Below are positions 42,126 to 56,974 of a stretch of 64,000 bases of DNA, in pieces; the first letter of the stretch is position 1, and the number at the start of each line of letters is the position of its first letter. The DNA lies in NCBI RefSeq assembly GCF_031769215.1, contig NW_026781885.1, forward strand, positions 1 through 64,000, given 5' to 3'. Below the pieces are notes generated by a model. It was not told where the DNA came from, did not search any database, and saw only the letters and a program-made list of their open reading frames with translations. The DNA is from Ylistrum balloti (lineage: Eukaryota). The position numbers and the translations under genes are program-made.

Positions 42126-43310
42126 GATGTGTGTGACTGGGTGTGTGATTGGGGTGTGTGACTGGATGTGTGGCTGGGTGTGTGACTCGGTGTGTGATTG
42201 GGTGTGTGACTGGGTGTGTGACTGGTGTGTGACTGGATGTTTGGCTGGTGTGTGACTGGATGTATGACTGGCTGTGTGACTGGCTGTGTGACTGGGTGTG
42301 TGGCTGGGTGTGTGACTTGGTGTGTGACTGGGTGTGTGACTTGATGTTTGGCTAGATGTGTGACTGGGTGTGTTACTGGGTGTGTGGCTGGGTATGTGGC
42401 TGGGTGTGTGGCTTGGTGTGTGGCTGGGTATGTGGCTCGATGTGTGGCTGGATGTGTGACTGTGTGGCTTGGTGTGTGACTGGATGTTTGGCTGGCTGTG
42501 TGACTGGATGTTTGGCTGGATGTGTGGCCGGGTGTGTGGCTTGGTGTTTAGCTGGGTGTGTTACTGGGTGTGTGACTGGGTGTGTGACTGGGTATGTGGC
42601 TAGATGTTTGGCTGATGTGTGACTGGGTATGTGGCACGGTATGTGGCTGTTGTGTGGCTAGGTGTGTGACTTGTGTGTGACTGTATGTTTGGCTGGTGTG
42701 TGACTAGATGTATGACTGGCTGTGTGACTGGCTGTGTGGCTGGGTGTGTGACTTGGTGTGTGACTGGGTGTGTGACTTGATGTTTGGCTAGATGTGTGAC
42801 TGGGTGTGTTACTGGGTGTGTGGCTGGGTATGTGGCTGGGTGTGTGGCTTGGTGTGTGGCTGGGTATGTGGCTCGATATGTGGCTGGATGTGTGGATGGG
42901 TGTGTGGCTGGGTATGTTACTGGGTGTTTGGCTGATGTGTGACTGGGTATGTGGCTCGATGTTTGGCTGTTGTGTGGCTGGGTGTGTGCCTAGTTGTTTG
43001 GCTGATGTGTGGCTGAGTGTGTGGCTAGATGTTTGGCTGGTGTGTGGCTGGTGTGTAGCTGGGTATGTGACTGGATGTTTGGCTGGTGTGTGGCTAGATA
43101 TTTGGCTGATGTGTGGCTGGGTGTGTTGCTAGATGTTTTGCTGGTATGTGGCTGGTGTGTAGCTGATTGTGTGGCTGGGTATGTGGGTAGATGTGTGACT
43201 GGGAATGTGGCTAGATGATTGACTGAATTTGTGACTGGGTATGTGGCTTGATGTTTGACTGGTATGTGGCTGGTGTGTGGCCGTTTGTGTGACTGGATGT
43301 GTGGCTGGGG
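42126..43310. repeat. Degenerate about 12-bp GT-rich repeat (GTGTG(A/G)CTGGGT)
   Basis: Direct reading. Confidence 0.9.
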
Positions 43311-43730
43311 ACGGGGTGGGTAAGTCACTTGGGTGAATGTGGGTTAGTGGCTGGGATTCGGATTGGTTAGAAAATTCAATAGCCTCGAGTTTGAAATCAG
43401 ATCAGTAATTCACTTGTTTAACAGAATATATGTAGACGTATTTGTTCTCTCGGGTTTGATTATCTTTGTAACAGTCCCGTTGTAGTTAATTACACAAAAG
43501 AGGTTAAACCAAATTAACACTGACTTAAGATGACGGGAAGTCAACACAATGTAATTTAATTATTAAAATTCCGTTGCTTATTGACGTAGAGATCGGCTAA
43601 GTTGAGAGCTTAACGCCAATATAAAATACAAAAAAAATTGTTGATATTGCAGTAAAAAGATCAAACATATTCACCATAATAGATACAACTAATTTCATCT
43701 CCGATCACTTGTGAATGATAACTATTCTAC

Positions 43731-45090
43731 TGAGTGGTGCGTTTATTAGGGAGGTGTTACGGTACAGTTATACAGAGTGGTACGTTTATTAGGGAGGTGG
43801 TACGGTACAGTTATACAGAGTGGTACGTTTATTAGGGAGGTGTTACGGTACAGTACTGCAGAGTGGTATATTTATTAGGGAGGTGGTACGGTACAGTACT
43901 ATAGAGTGGTACGTTTATTAGGGAGGTGGTACGGTACAGTTATACAGAGTGATACGTTTATTAGGGAGGTGGTACGGTACAGTACTGCAGAGTGGTACGT
44001 TTATTGGGAGGTGGTACGGTACAGTTATACAGAGTGGTACATTTATTAGGGAGGTGTTTCGGTACAGGTATACAGAGTGATACGTTTATTAGGGAGGTGG
44101 TACGGTACAGTACTGCAGAGTGGTACGTTTATTGGGAGGTGGTACGGTACAGTTATACAGAGTGGTACATTTATTAGGGAGGTGTTTCGGTACAGGTATA
44201 CAGAGTGGTACGTTTATCAGGGAGATGTTACGGTACAGTTATTCAGAGTGGTACGTTTATTAGGGAGGTGGTACGGTACAGTTATACAGAGTGGTACGTT
44301 TATTAGGGAGGTGGTACGGTACAGTTATACAGAGTGGTACGTTTATTAGGGAGGTGGTACGGTACAGTACTATAGAGTGGTACGTTTATTAGGGATGTGT
44401 TACGGTACAGTTATACGGAGTGGTACGTTTATTAGGGAGGTTACGATACAGTACTGCAGTGTGGTATGTCTATTAGGGAGGTGTTACGGTACAGTTATTC
44501 AGAGTGGTACGTTTATTAGGGAGGTGGTACGGTACAGTACTGCAGAGTGGTATGTTTATTAGGGAGGTGTTACGGTACAGTTATTCAGAGTGGTACGTTT
44601 ATTAGGTGGTACGGTACAGTACTGCAGAGTGGTATGTTTATTAGGGAGGTGTTACGGTACAATTATTCAGAGTGGTACATTTATTAGGGAGGTGGTACGG
44701 TACAGTTATATAGAGTGGTACGTTTGTCAGGGAGATGTTACGGTACAGTACTGCAGAGTGGTATGTTTATTAGGGTTACGGTACAATTATTCAGAGTGGT
44801 ACATTTATTAGGGAGGTGGTACGGTACAGTTATATAGAGTGGTATGTTTGTCAGGGAGATGTTACGGTACAGTACTGCAGAGTGGTATGTTTATTAGGGT
44901 TACGGTACAATTATTCAGAGTGGTACATTTATTAGGGAGGTGGTACGGTACAGTTTTATAGAGTGGTACGTTTGTCAGGGAGATGTTACGGTACAGTACT
45001 GCAGAGTGGTACGTTTATTAGGGTTACGGTACACTTATTCAGAGTGGTACATTTATTAGGGAGGTGGTACGGTACAGTTTTATAGAGTTG
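43731..45090. repeat. 43-bp tandem satellite (AGAGTGGTACGTTTATTAGGGAGGTGGTACGGTACAGTTATAC), about 32 copies
   Basis: Direct reading. Confidence 0.95.
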
Positions 45091-45849
45091 TACAGCTCTA
45101 CACCGGTACTTCTATTAGAGATTTGTTACAGTATAATTCTGCTTGGTACGATTATAGGGAACATGGTACGCTACTATTGTTTAGTATGATACGGTCATTA
45201 GTAAGTTTTTCAAGGGATGTACTACAAATTTGATAAAGGCATGGTGGCCAGAATTTGTTAATCTGTCACCCGCGTTTTGTCTGTAGTGATGTTAGGGAGG
45301 CTGTACTGCTGGATCTACGCTACGCTAAAGCCTAGGTAAATATACACACTTGTACAACACCTGTACACAGGTAGGTCCACATGCAACACATCATCGTGTA
45401 ACGGAACAGTGTTAAACACTGGAATGTAAACAACATGCATCTATTCAATAAACAGCTGTCCGCTACCTCCATCTCCCGTGAGAAAGGTATGTAACACTTT
45501 CTTTACCGTAAACAAAGTTCTCATCATTAATTAGCATGGTTCAGGATCAATGACGTTGGAGAATATTGGGAGGAAGCTTCCCCACGACGTGGTGGGAACA
45601 TAGTTTATGATCAATATCAGTTTTACAGACTTTTGGATTCGTCACATTCTTTTATTTTGTATGTTGTAATCTTGACAGCTGAAAGTCTATACCATCACTT
45701 TTACATATTGTCCTGTGGTGTCAGATACGGAGCAACATCAGACTTCGGGCTTACTATCACAGTGTGTTTGTATTCCGTAAGAATTTGACACGAACATGCC
45801 TCTTACTGTATCAAGAATTAACACAATATTATATTGGGTATGTACTCTT

Positions 45850-46112
45850 TCTATAATTGACACGATACTTCATGTATTTGGTATCTACCCTTTCTATAAT
45901 TGACACAATGCTATATTTAGTATGTTTTATTTCTATAATTGACACAATGCTATATTTAGTATGTTTTATTTCTATAATTGACACAATGCTATATTTAGTA
46001 TGTTTTATTTCTATAATTGACACAGTGCTATATTTAGTATGTTTTATTTCTATAATTGACACAATGCTATATTTAGTATGTTTTATTTCTATAATTGACA
46101 CAATGCTTCACT
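45850..46112. repeat. 39-bp tandem repeat (TTCTATAATTGACACAATGCTATATTTAGTATGTTTTAT), about 6-7 copies
   Basis: Direct reading. Confidence 0.9.
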
Positions 46113-46319
46113 TAGTATGATGGACACAATGGTCATAATTGAAGCAATGCCTTGTACCGAGAACGATCAAGTTCCAGTAGGATCTTTTATATCACTCTTT
46201 CATCAGCAGCAAGGGAAATCTTACTTGTTTCAAAAAGGAACATGACTTTAAAAGTTTTGTGCAGTTGTTGAATGTTTAGGTTACTCTGATATCGGTAGGA
46301 GTAATAATAAATGTGTAGA

Positions 46320-46570
46320 AGGGGTTTTGTGAGGGTTGTCGGGAAGTGTCGGGGTAGTGGTAAAGAAAGAGGGGATTATGTGAGGATAGTCGGGCTAGGT
46401 CGGGTTGGTAGTAGGAGAGGGGTTTGTGAGGATCGTCGGGCTGTGCCAAGGCGGTGGTGAAGAGAGTGGGTTTTGCGGTTTTCGCGGCGAAAAAACGAAA
46501 AAAGAAAAGTCAATGTGGTGTTGGGATGGTCGTTGAGGAAAATGGAGTTTTAGCGAGGGTTGTCGGTCTG
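46320..46570. repeat. Degenerate G-rich repeat (GGGGTTT..GTGAGG.T.GTCGGG), about 4 copies
   Basis: Similar blocks near 46321, 46371, 46419 and 46545. Confidence 0.5.
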
Positions 46571-47421
46571 TTACCCATTACATGGTAAATATTGACACAG
46601 AAGACCCATACTTAATGTTTTATGACAGGGTAAACAGTCCACGTAGTATATGCACTGTTTATAACCATTATATCTCTCCAGTTAACGTAGGGATTGATCA
46701 GGTATATACATTCACAGAGTGGAGGGATGTTTAGGGGTGTAGAGTTTAGTTCAGAAACTCTCCACCTGTTACAAACTGATTAGTAGTTTACATCTGTGTC
46801 GGAAGAAAATGATTTTTTTCTCGGTAATTTTATTTTCTGTATACATTTAAATATATGCGGAAAACTTTATACACATGATGTGTACTACAGTAAATCCGAT
46901 GTGTGTTAATTGTCGACAAATCAGTATTCTCCAGTTCCATCAGCCAAATATTAGCTCTACCTTACCATGTTATTCTTTGGGACAGTGTGTATATAGTGAA
47001 TTATATTGTCACAAAAGTTGTGTGTTTTCTGAAGAAATATAAGTTTGAATATCACGTACATCAATACAAGTTTCTATGATAAATCACACACACACAGATC
47101 AGTAACATTTCGTGGACCAAAACCGAACAAATATTAGGATATCTTTACCGCGACAGAAGTGTTAATACCATCAGTGAGGGACAAACATCCAATATTTATT
47201 TTAGTTAAATTGTCAGCATGTCCTAAATACACAACGGAATAAGTCGATCAATGATACCATAGCTGTGTGTCATGTTAAACAGACAGCATACGTATGTGAT
47301 CAAATATATCTCAAACAGGGGTTTTATTAACGCTATTGTCACTGATAGTTACACAAAGCGACCTATAGTATAGTCATGTTAAATATCTCAATACAAAGAA
47401 TACAATATGTATCACAATGCA

Positions 47422-50035
47422 CAGACAACACGATATAACACAATACACACAACACGATATAACACAGTGAACACACCACACGATATAACACACTACACAC
47501 AACACGATATAACACAATACACACACAACACGATATAACACAATACACACAACACGATATAAAACAATACACACACAACACGATATAACACAATACACAT
47601 ACAACACGATATAACACAATACACACACAACACGATATAACACAATACACACACAACACGATATAACACAATACATACACAACACGATATAACACAATAC
47701 ACATACAACACGATATAACAAAATACGCACAACACGTTATAACACAATACACACAACAAGTTATAACACAATACACACAACACGATATAACATAGTACCC
47801 ACACAACACGATATAACACAATACACACAACACGATATAACACAATACACACAACACGATAAAACACAATACACACAACACGATATAACACAATACACAC
47901 ACAACACGATATTACACAATACACACAACACGATATATCACAATACACACACAACACGTTATAACACAACACACAACACGATATAACACAATACACACAA
48001 CACGATGTATCACAATACACACACAACACGTTATAACACAATACACATACAACACGATATAACACAATACACACAAAACACGTTATAACACAATACACAC
48101 AACACGATATAACACAATACACACAACACGATATAACACAGTACACACACGACACGTTATAACACAATACATACAACACGATATAACACAATACACACAT
48201 CACGATATAACGCAATACACACAACACGATATAACACCATACACACACAACACGATATAACACAATATACACACAACACGATAAAACACAGTACACACAC
48301 AACACGATATAACACAATACACACAACACGAGATAACTTAATACACACACAACACGATATAACACAATGCACATACAACACGATGTAACACAATACTTAC
48401 AACACAATAAAATACAGTACACACACAACACGATATAACACAATACTCACATCACGATATAACACAATACTTACAACACAATATAATACAGTACACACGC
48501 AACACGATATCACACAATACACACAATACGATATAACATAATACACATACAACACGATATAACACCATACACACACAACACGATATTACACAATACACAT
48601 ACAACACGATATAACACAATACACACGCAACACGATATAACACAATACACACACAACGCGATATAACACAATACACACATAACATGATAAAACACAGTAC
48701 CCACACAACACGATATAACACAATACACACACAACACGATATAACATCATACACATACAACACGATATAGCACAATACACACAACACGATATAACACAAT
48801 ACACATAACACGATATAACACAATAACCACACAACACGATATAACACAATACACATAACACGATATATCACAATACACACACAACACGATATAACACCAT
48901 ACACACACAACACGATATAACACAATACACACACAACACGATATAACACAATACACACACAACACGATATAACACAATACACACACAACACGTTATAACA
49001 CAATACACACACAACACGAGATAACTTAATACACACACAACACGATATAACACAATGCACATACAACACGATAAAGCACAATATTCACATCACGATATAA
49101 CACAATACTTACAACACAATATAATACAGTACACACACAACACGATATAACACAAATACACACAACACGATATAACACAATACACATACAACACGATATA
49201 ACACAATACACAGCACGATATAACACAATACACATACAACACGATATAAAACAATACACACACAACACGATATAACACAATACACACAACACGATATAAC
49301 ACAATACACACAACACGATATAACACAATACACATAACACGATATAACACAATACTTACAACACAATAAAATACAGCACACACAACACGATATAACACAA
49401 TACTCACATCACGATATAACACAATACTTACAACACAATATAATACAGTACACACAACACGATATAACAAAATACACATACAATACGATATAACACAATA
49501 CACACACAACACGATATAACACAATACACACACAACACGATATAACACAATACACACACAACACGATATAACACAATACATACAACACGATATAACACAA
49601 TACACACAACACGATATAACACAATACATACAACAAAATATAACACAATACACACACAACACGATATAACACAATACACACACAACACGATATAACATCA
49701 TACACGCACAACACGATATAGCACAATACACACAACACGATATAACACAATACACACAACACGATATAACACAATACACATACAGCACGATATAACACCA
49801 TACACACACAACAAGATATAACACAATACACACACAACACGATATAACACCATACACACACAACACGATATAACACAATATACACACAACACGATAAAAC
49901 ACAGTACACACACAACACGATATAACACAATACACACAACACGAGATAACTTAATACACACACAACACAATATAACACTATACACACACAACACGATATA
50001 ACACTGTACACACAACACGATATTAAAATACACAC
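47422..50035. repeat. CA-rich 24-26-bp tandem satellite (ACAACACGATATAACACAATACAC[AC]), about 100 copies
   Basis: Direct reading; source of all the Cys/Val/Tyr pseudo-ORFs. Confidence 0.95.
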
Positions 50036-50415
50036 TCAAAGTGGTACGCGGGCTGATTGATAAGTTGTGAGCCTTATATTTGAGGGCTTTTTTGTAAAAG
50101 TCACTTGCCTTGTTTACTTTAGAGTGCTACCTCTTCGACATAAACTGACCAAATGACACCAGTCTTCGGGTACACAGCCTTAAATAGTCAGGGAATAGTA
50201 GAGCTGAAAAAGGACATCTTTGCTCAACTTCTTTAATACTAGGTTCATAACTTATCAATCAGGCCTTGTATACAACATGCAAATTATTGTTGATTCAAGC
50301 CTTCAATTGCTTTTAAAATAATTGATATTCCCCTATTTGGACACCGGTATCTCCGTCTCTAAGTCGATATAGTGCAGAATGGCTTCTAAAATAATGCCAT
50401 GTTGTGTTTGCAGAT

Positions 50416-51951
50416 ATGAGTACGTGGTCGCTTTGGCAGAAGATGCCCCCGAGATACCAGTTGACGACACGCAGTCAACTGGACTCAGAAGAACCGGAAG
50501 TTCTTATAGACGACAGACCACGGACGCCAAGAACGCCGCGGCCGATGACGTCTCCAAGGTCACAGGGTGATACGAATGTACGACCGTCACCGAGAGCATA
50601 TCTTGCCGGGAGTCCACGTCAAGGAGAAACTCGTACCGTTAATCCTCCAAATATGCGACGTCCGGTATTCCCAGGCCGCAAATCGGGCTATATAAATCAT
50701 ATAAAAACTCAAAAGAGAGTAAATTCTGCTAGAATAAAGTTAGCTACCAACCCGGCCACAACCACGTGTCCGCCTCGACAGAGAGCTAAAACGGCTCCTC
50801 TAAACAGCCCGAGGAGTGCCGAAGTATATTGCACTTCCCGATCACTTCCCACACCTCAGCAACAAAAGAGAGAAAACTACGACAATTTAAAGCAAAACGA
50901 TACAGGGGAATTCTCAGCGAAGATAGATTTGTCTGCGGACGTGTTTGGACTAGAAGAAAATCGTTCATCCTCTGGGGCCTCGGGGTTTTCCCAAAGAGAA
51001 ATCCCTCCTCGGAAGTTTATTGTTCGGGAGACAGACGAAGGAACTCTATATATAGACAATGGTAAGGTGGTATTCTTCCGAAAGGCACGACAGAACGGAA
51101 CTGATCTGATGAAAATCAATGGTTCCGTGTCATCAGAGAAGGGAGGTTTCCTCGCCAGTATTCGGCGCGAATATCTTAACAAGCCTCGGTATCTAGCAAA
51201 TACTTCAAAAGCACATGGTCGGACGTCAACCAACGAGGACCGATTAGTCCATCGCGAAAGAATGAAGTATAACCAGAAAGTCGGTCATATTCTAGATTAT
51301 TACTCTAGTGACGACGAGGACCAAATATCTATGGATGACTTGTCGCGGTATACTAAAAGTCCGCGGTCTTGGAGGAACACTAGAGAACTGTCACCGCGCG
51401 TAAGAAAGATTTACCTGGACGAGAATCCTCGCCGCGACCATCGACATCATGCGTCACAACATTATGACGTCATGGATGATCCAAGTGCATACCTTAAATT
51501 GACAAGTCAGTCAAAGTTGCACGACCGGAAGTTTTACCTGCGCACACCAGGATTTCAGATGCTTGTCCCTGGAGCGCAAGGAATCACAGCCACCAATTTT
51601 GAAAAGAACTGTAAGTGTGGGATGTGTCGCATCGAAATGCAAATATCTCTACTGGCACAATTGGGAATACAATTTCCGATGCAGGATCAAGTGGTCGATG
51701 AAAATTTTGTACAACAAGATATGACAAAACAAACAGAACAAGACACACAAACTGAAAATAATATTTTCCAGGGGGGAAACAAAAACTTGGAAGAGGAAAA
51801 ACCACAAAAACCGGCCGTAACAGAAGTTCCGCCACGACCGGAACAAGTACTGACAATCACTTTACCGGAAATGATGTCAGAGAGAGACGCCACAGATATA
51901 TCAACTCGAGAATCCGCGAGAGTAACGTACCGAAGTGTCCCAGGGGACTGA
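50416..51951 (+). CDS. Uncharacterised 511-aa Arg/Ser/Pro-rich protein in a single large coding exon
   Basis: Non-repetitive 1.5-kb open frame in AT-rich DNA, higher GC than flanks, TTTGCAG acceptor at 50413 two bases before the ATG; no domain recognised. Confidence 0.75.
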   Translation: MSTWSLWQKMPPRYQLTTRSQLDSEEPEVLIDDRPRTPRTPRPMTSPRSQGDTNVRPSPRAYLAGSPRQGETRTVNPPNMRRPVFPGRKSGYINHIKTQKRVNSARIKLATNPATTTCPPRQRAKTAPLNSPRSAEVYCTSRSLPTPQQQKRENYDNLKQNDTGEFSAKIDLSADVFGLEENRSSSGASGFSQREIPPRKFIVRETDEGTLYIDNGKVVFFRKARQNGTDLMKINGSVSSEKGGFLASIRREYLNKPRYLANTSKAHGRTSTNEDRLVHRERMKYNQKVGHILDYYSSDDEDQISMDDLSRYTKSPRSWRNTRELSPRVRKIYLDENPRRDHRHHASQHYDVMDDPSAYLKLTSQSKLHDRKFYLRTPGFQMLVPGAQGITATNFEKNCKCGMCRIEMQISLLAQLGIQFPMQDQVVDENFVQQDMTKQTEQDTQTENNIFQGGNKNLEEEKPQKPAVTEVPPRPEQVLTITLPEMMSERDATDISTRESARVTYRSVPGD

Positions 51952-52820
51952 TGACTGTTGATCTATGTTGATATTAGATATTACACTGTGTGGTATCCAT
52001 GGCACCAGGTATGATCGCGCCACCTGGTGCTGGGTCTCAGAACTAAAACAAGACGTTAGTTTTACCTATTCAGATGAATAATATCTACAGCCAGTGTTAC
52101 TTTTGAGGATAATTCCAGTGCCTCTGTTCACAATATCGTACCATGTACATTTCATCAGAGACCACGAATTTTCACATTAGACATGTTCACCAATCTTTTT
52201 CATTCTAAACGCATTGTGTATAAATAACACTAGACATTGTGACCTTCGTCTTGTTGATGGGAACTACGTAAAGAGATTTCGTCATAGTAGTTAACTTCTG
52301 GAAGAACTGATTTCGTCACCTGTATTTTCCTATTGTATTTGGCTCGAAATAATTCTGTTTTTCGAAGTGTTTGATGGTCTTTTGTCTTTAAATCATACTA
52401 GAATACATCGCTTTATTTGATCAAAATGATAAATTTGATTTCCGTAATTGCTAGGATGTTTCCATGGTTGATTACTTCCCGGTAATACCATTATCTGGAG
52501 ATTTGTGCACTCTTTCTGTATCCTATCAACAACTAAGTTGTCAAACGCTAATACCTGAACTAAGAGAATAAAAGAAACATAAAAGGTATATTCGTAAGTA
52601 TCACTTTAACGGCGAGTGTTTAAACGTAAGAGAATGATATCTAGCAACAAACGTTATGTTACATATGTCAAAATCATGAAAGAAGATGAAAAGTACATGT
52701 ATATGGGTCTCATACATTCTACACAGCGATTGGTGATCATCTGGTTCATTATCTGGCACTGGCTAGGTCAGCGTTGTGGTTGTGTGGATGTCCTCTAAAG
52801 TTTGTAGACGAATCCATCAC

Positions 52821-53199
52821 GTGGAAGATTCTGTCGGCCTGTTCTGGTGGAAGATTCTGTCGGCCTGTTCTGTGGTAGATTCTGTCGGCCTGTTCTGGTG
52901 GAAGATTCTGTCGGCCTGTTCTGTGGAAGATTATGTCGGCCTGTTCTGTGGTAGATTCTGTCGGCCTGTTCTGTGGAAGATTCTTTCGGCCTGTTCTGTG
53001 GAAGATTCTGTCGGCCTGTTCTGTGGTAGATTCTGTCGGCCTGTTCTGTGGAAGATTCTTTCGGCCTGTTCTGTGGAAGATTCTGTCGGCCTGTTCTGTG
53101 AAAGATTCTGTCGGCCTGTTCTGTGGTAGATTCTGTCGGCCTGTTCTGTGGAAGATTCTGTCGGCCTGTTCTGTGGTAGATTCTGTCAGCCTGTTCTGT
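52821..53199. repeat. 25-bp tandem repeat (GATTCTGTCGGCCTGTTCTGTGG(A/T)A), about 15 copies
   Basis: Direct reading. Confidence 0.9.
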
Positions 53200-53280
53200 A
53201 GGCGATGAACTTCCACCTGGGCGTCGGTCATGTACTTGATGTATCAAGCGCCCAACAGCAGAAAATAATATCAAACTTGA

Positions 53281-53371
53281 TTCACACAAAGTAAACACAA
53301 TTCACACAAAGTAAACACAATTCACACAAAGTAAACACAATTCACACAAAGTAAACACAATTCACACAAAG
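53281..53371. repeat. Perfect 20-bp tandem repeat (TTCACACAAAGTAAACACAA) x4.5
   Basis: Direct reading. Confidence 0.95.
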
Positions 53372-54817
53372 CTGTAAATCAGTGAAAGTGTAACTTACAT
53401 ATTACAGTTAGTATAACTAATTATAAATTCACACTAATATGAAAATACAAGTTTGATTGATATATTACAGTGATAATATGATAATTCACATAAAATTAAA
53501 AGAGCATAAGGTTAACGTATTGTTATTGTTAAGTATAACAAATTCTGAATACAAAATTAACGTTCACCTAATGGAGAAGTTCATGTTTCAGTTTACAGAG
53601 AGAAATATGATATTTTTTTGTTCAGAATGTACTGTTGTAACTTGTTTTACTGCTTGGGATGGTGTGAATGATTTTGAAAAATGTTCTACATATTTATTAT
53701 TATTTTGCTATTATAATTATTAAATCATTGATTTTAATTATTATTGATTAGTTTTTATTAGTTATCAGAAATTGATATACTTATTCAGTTTACCTGTTCA
53801 AATCAGAACTGATCATCTGTGTAGACATGATTTTTGAGTTGGCGTTCAGACAGTCCGCCATGAGCATTAACAATAATTGTGTCTTGCATTCAATGTGGTG
53901 TCATATTGACAAATATTAACGTATCGATGGATGTCTCTGGTATGAGAAAATGAAAATAAATATGAAACTGTTGAACACATTGCACTCACACTTAAGCCGT
54001 GCGTTTTAGATATTAGAGAGTACCGTGTCCCACGTAATAAGACAAGGGCATATAACCATCCTGGCATGTACAATGCAAGGGAAATAACTCTGACATACTT
54101 CGTACTAACTGCGATCTCTCCACAGTTCATTCAAGTTTTTACTAAAGCGATCCGCGTACAATACCACTGGTTTTGTGTTATAGCTTGTTAAGTACAATAT
54201 GACTCACGAAAACCTGCCTTTATATGCGTTATTGTTTGGGTGTGATTATTGATGCAGTTGGTTCTCTTAAACAAGTGCTTTTGCACGTGCAGTGCTGACA
54301 TGATGTAAGCATGCTGCAAAATAAGGACCCACGTGTGTGTATACAATGTAAGGTCGAAAATACAAGTATTGGTATATAAATTTGGTTCTGTTTTCTACTT
54401 CGAAATTAACAACGAAAAAGAAAAAAATAATGTGAGGAGAATAGTTTACGTTGTGAAATTATTATTAACGAGTAGGATTCAATAAACCAATGACGATGGT
54501 AACGTGGGATATTAAACCTCAAATCTGCTCAAATCTGCGGGGTTTTTTTCAAAGGAAAGTAAAAAAATACCTTGAGACAAAATTTGGAAGTAATTTAATA
54601 GACTATTAATGGTTACAGAAGGAAATTGTGTTTTGTTTGAAAATAATGGAACTTTCAATCCTCAGAGAATTGGTTATTAATTATCAGTTTTCTTACAGAA
54701 ATCAATACAACTTATTCGTGAACATCTGGTATCAATGGTATCTCCTTAAGGTAGCTTGTGGCTACCTCTTTGAACAACATACGGGGGTCCGTCGCATGCC
54801 GTCAAGAGCAAGTGGAG

Positions 54818-54844
54818 TGAAGAGTCTTGCCGAAAGACACGACA
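54818..54844 (-). mobile_element. Short CORE-SINE-like fragment
   Basis: GTGAAGAGTCTTGCCGAAAGACACGAC resembles the core at 57004-57033. Confidence 0.35.
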
Positions 54845-56974
54845 GCGGAGACGGGTCCGTTACTTAACTTCCTGAAAAAACAATCCGCTACGAGTAGGGA
54901 GCGTCAAATTAATTTTGAATTTATTTCTTCACCCGAGAGTACATGGCCAACGCTGTATCCGACTTCGCTATCTCGATCCCTATAATACATCAGACAGTAA
55001 TCCAATAACCAATGTATACACTATACACAACTGTATTACAGATGAGTAGATAACCGAACACTACACAGAAAGAAGTTTACATTTATTCTGACGCACGAAT
55101 ACACACGAATACGCACGCGGATCTTGTACACGTTCAGGGTCAAAGTATCATCATCGTCACTTAGAAATAACGTAATTTGTATGGAAAGTCAACTTGACAT
55201 TGATTCAGTGAGCGGTCTTGTGTTTCATCAAACGCTGGGATGTGTTCTATTTACAAGATACAGAATGATATATATATAAAATAGCTAAGTATATGGCATA
55301 TATTTATGTAATATAAATGATACCTCGCGTACATGCACTTCCGTTTTGTATATAAAATAAGGCGCCAACTGGCTTGCCATAAATTCGAGATCTCTTTATC
55401 ATTGATGTTGTTTGAGTCAGACAAGATGCGTAAACCATTCAGTGTTCCGTCTGGTGGGTGGATTAGCGCAATAATTAAATATTGTTACGCATGTAATCAA
55501 TCTGGTTATATAGCGTCTGCAAATTCGCCGGGTAAGACAGCAGTGTGCGCACCGTGCCAAGAGTGCGTAAATCTCAGCCCGGAGTCGGCTCCCGTTATTA
55601 GTATGCCATCGCTCGTGTCAGACTCGTCCTTGACGTTATGAAGTTACTGAAGGTGTTCATTTTCAAGGACAAAGTCATAAAGATTAAACATCATCTGTAT
55701 GAAAATATAAAAGTAAACGGTAACGACAGACATCTTGTGAAGTGTAACGATCATTTTCCCCTGACGAACAGGCTGGAACCATTACTGTATACTATATGAC
55801 ACTTCAGCAAGTTGCTTTACCACTCAGATAATCATTATGTAAAAGCATTATTAAAAGTTTAGAATAGGTTTCTTTGATCTTTTCGATGATGTTGGGTTGC
55901 TCCACATTTTCCATTTTAACTACAATTTTTTAAGAGTTCTAAATTAAACCAAAATCTTAAGATTAACTCATTATTTCTAAAATAACGATGTTTACAATTT
56001 AGTTTGATATCAACACAAATATTTTTTTGTGAATGCACATACTTCATAATTACTAACAACACTAAATCAGTCTAACAATCGATGGACAGAACACGATATG
56101 GACATTTCAACATGAATAATGCCTGGAATATGATCAGGGGAGTTAACCATGGTGAACAGGATTAAACAATGGTTCTTGTGTTTGATTGGGTTTAACGTTA
56201 ACAATATTTGACTTCAACTCAACATTTTAGTATTTTATTCAAAACAAATTATAAGAACAAATAATAAAAGCAACAACAACATGGTTCCTTGCTTGGCTTG
56301 TTAAAGTTAAATATTGATATCTTTGACTACAATGAATCTCTGCCTAGTTATCGCTGAATATACACCAATGCAATCTTAGCCCTCCTTTTTGTCCTGACCT
56401 TATGTATTTCAGATGGTCTTTAGTTTGTGTGCTCATGGTTTGTCCTTCACAGTAAGAGAGAAAGGGGAGGGGCGAGGGGATGCAATGCTGGTTGCACTTA
56501 CGTATAATGCAGTGTGCATGTGTTTCCATGCTACTGCAGTGTAGTTGAGTGCAAGCACGTGCTAGACTACACGTGCAATGGACTAATTTGATCCTGGCTC
56601 ATTAGATGGTTTATTTGTTTTACAATGCTGTTTCATACTAAAGGTACTTAAACATTATGGTAAGTAATAAGACTTTTAGACTCATTACGAACTTGGCCGA
56701 TATTCCTGTGAGCTGCAGGGGATACCACACACTGACTGGACATGTTCCTGCCGGGACTGAGGACCATCGTCATGAATATTGAGTAACAGGGGGACTTGAT
56801 AAGTCGAAAGTCGAAGGTGTGAGTGTAATTTACATAGCTTATTATAATGGTAAAATCGATATCGATGTCGAATTCTGCTAACTTTCCCGTGAACTATTTG
56901 ATTAATTATATTAACCCGTGAACAACCAGGGTCATTTTGCGTTGTACGTAGCTGGTGGTTACCTCAGTGAATAA

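Noticed and set aside
42356-44811. Trp/Val/Cys-rich and GTFI/VVRLLG ORFs
   Set aside because: Products of the GT-rich 12-bp and 43-bp arrays.
47363-50039. Many Cys/Val/Tyr-rich minus-strand ORFs (keratin-associated or metallothionein-like appearance)
   Set aside because: All three frames are open because the CA-rich satellite lacks stop triplets on that strand.
52749-53298. EQADRI / RPTES repeat ORFs
   Set aside because: A 25-bp unit (not a multiple of 3) cycling through frames.
55333-55700. GC-richer block with a 102-aa + ORF and a minus-strand peptide (LHNVKDESDTSDGILITGADSG...)
   Set aside because: No family recognised, and the candidate acceptors lead into stops; cannot be supported as an exon.
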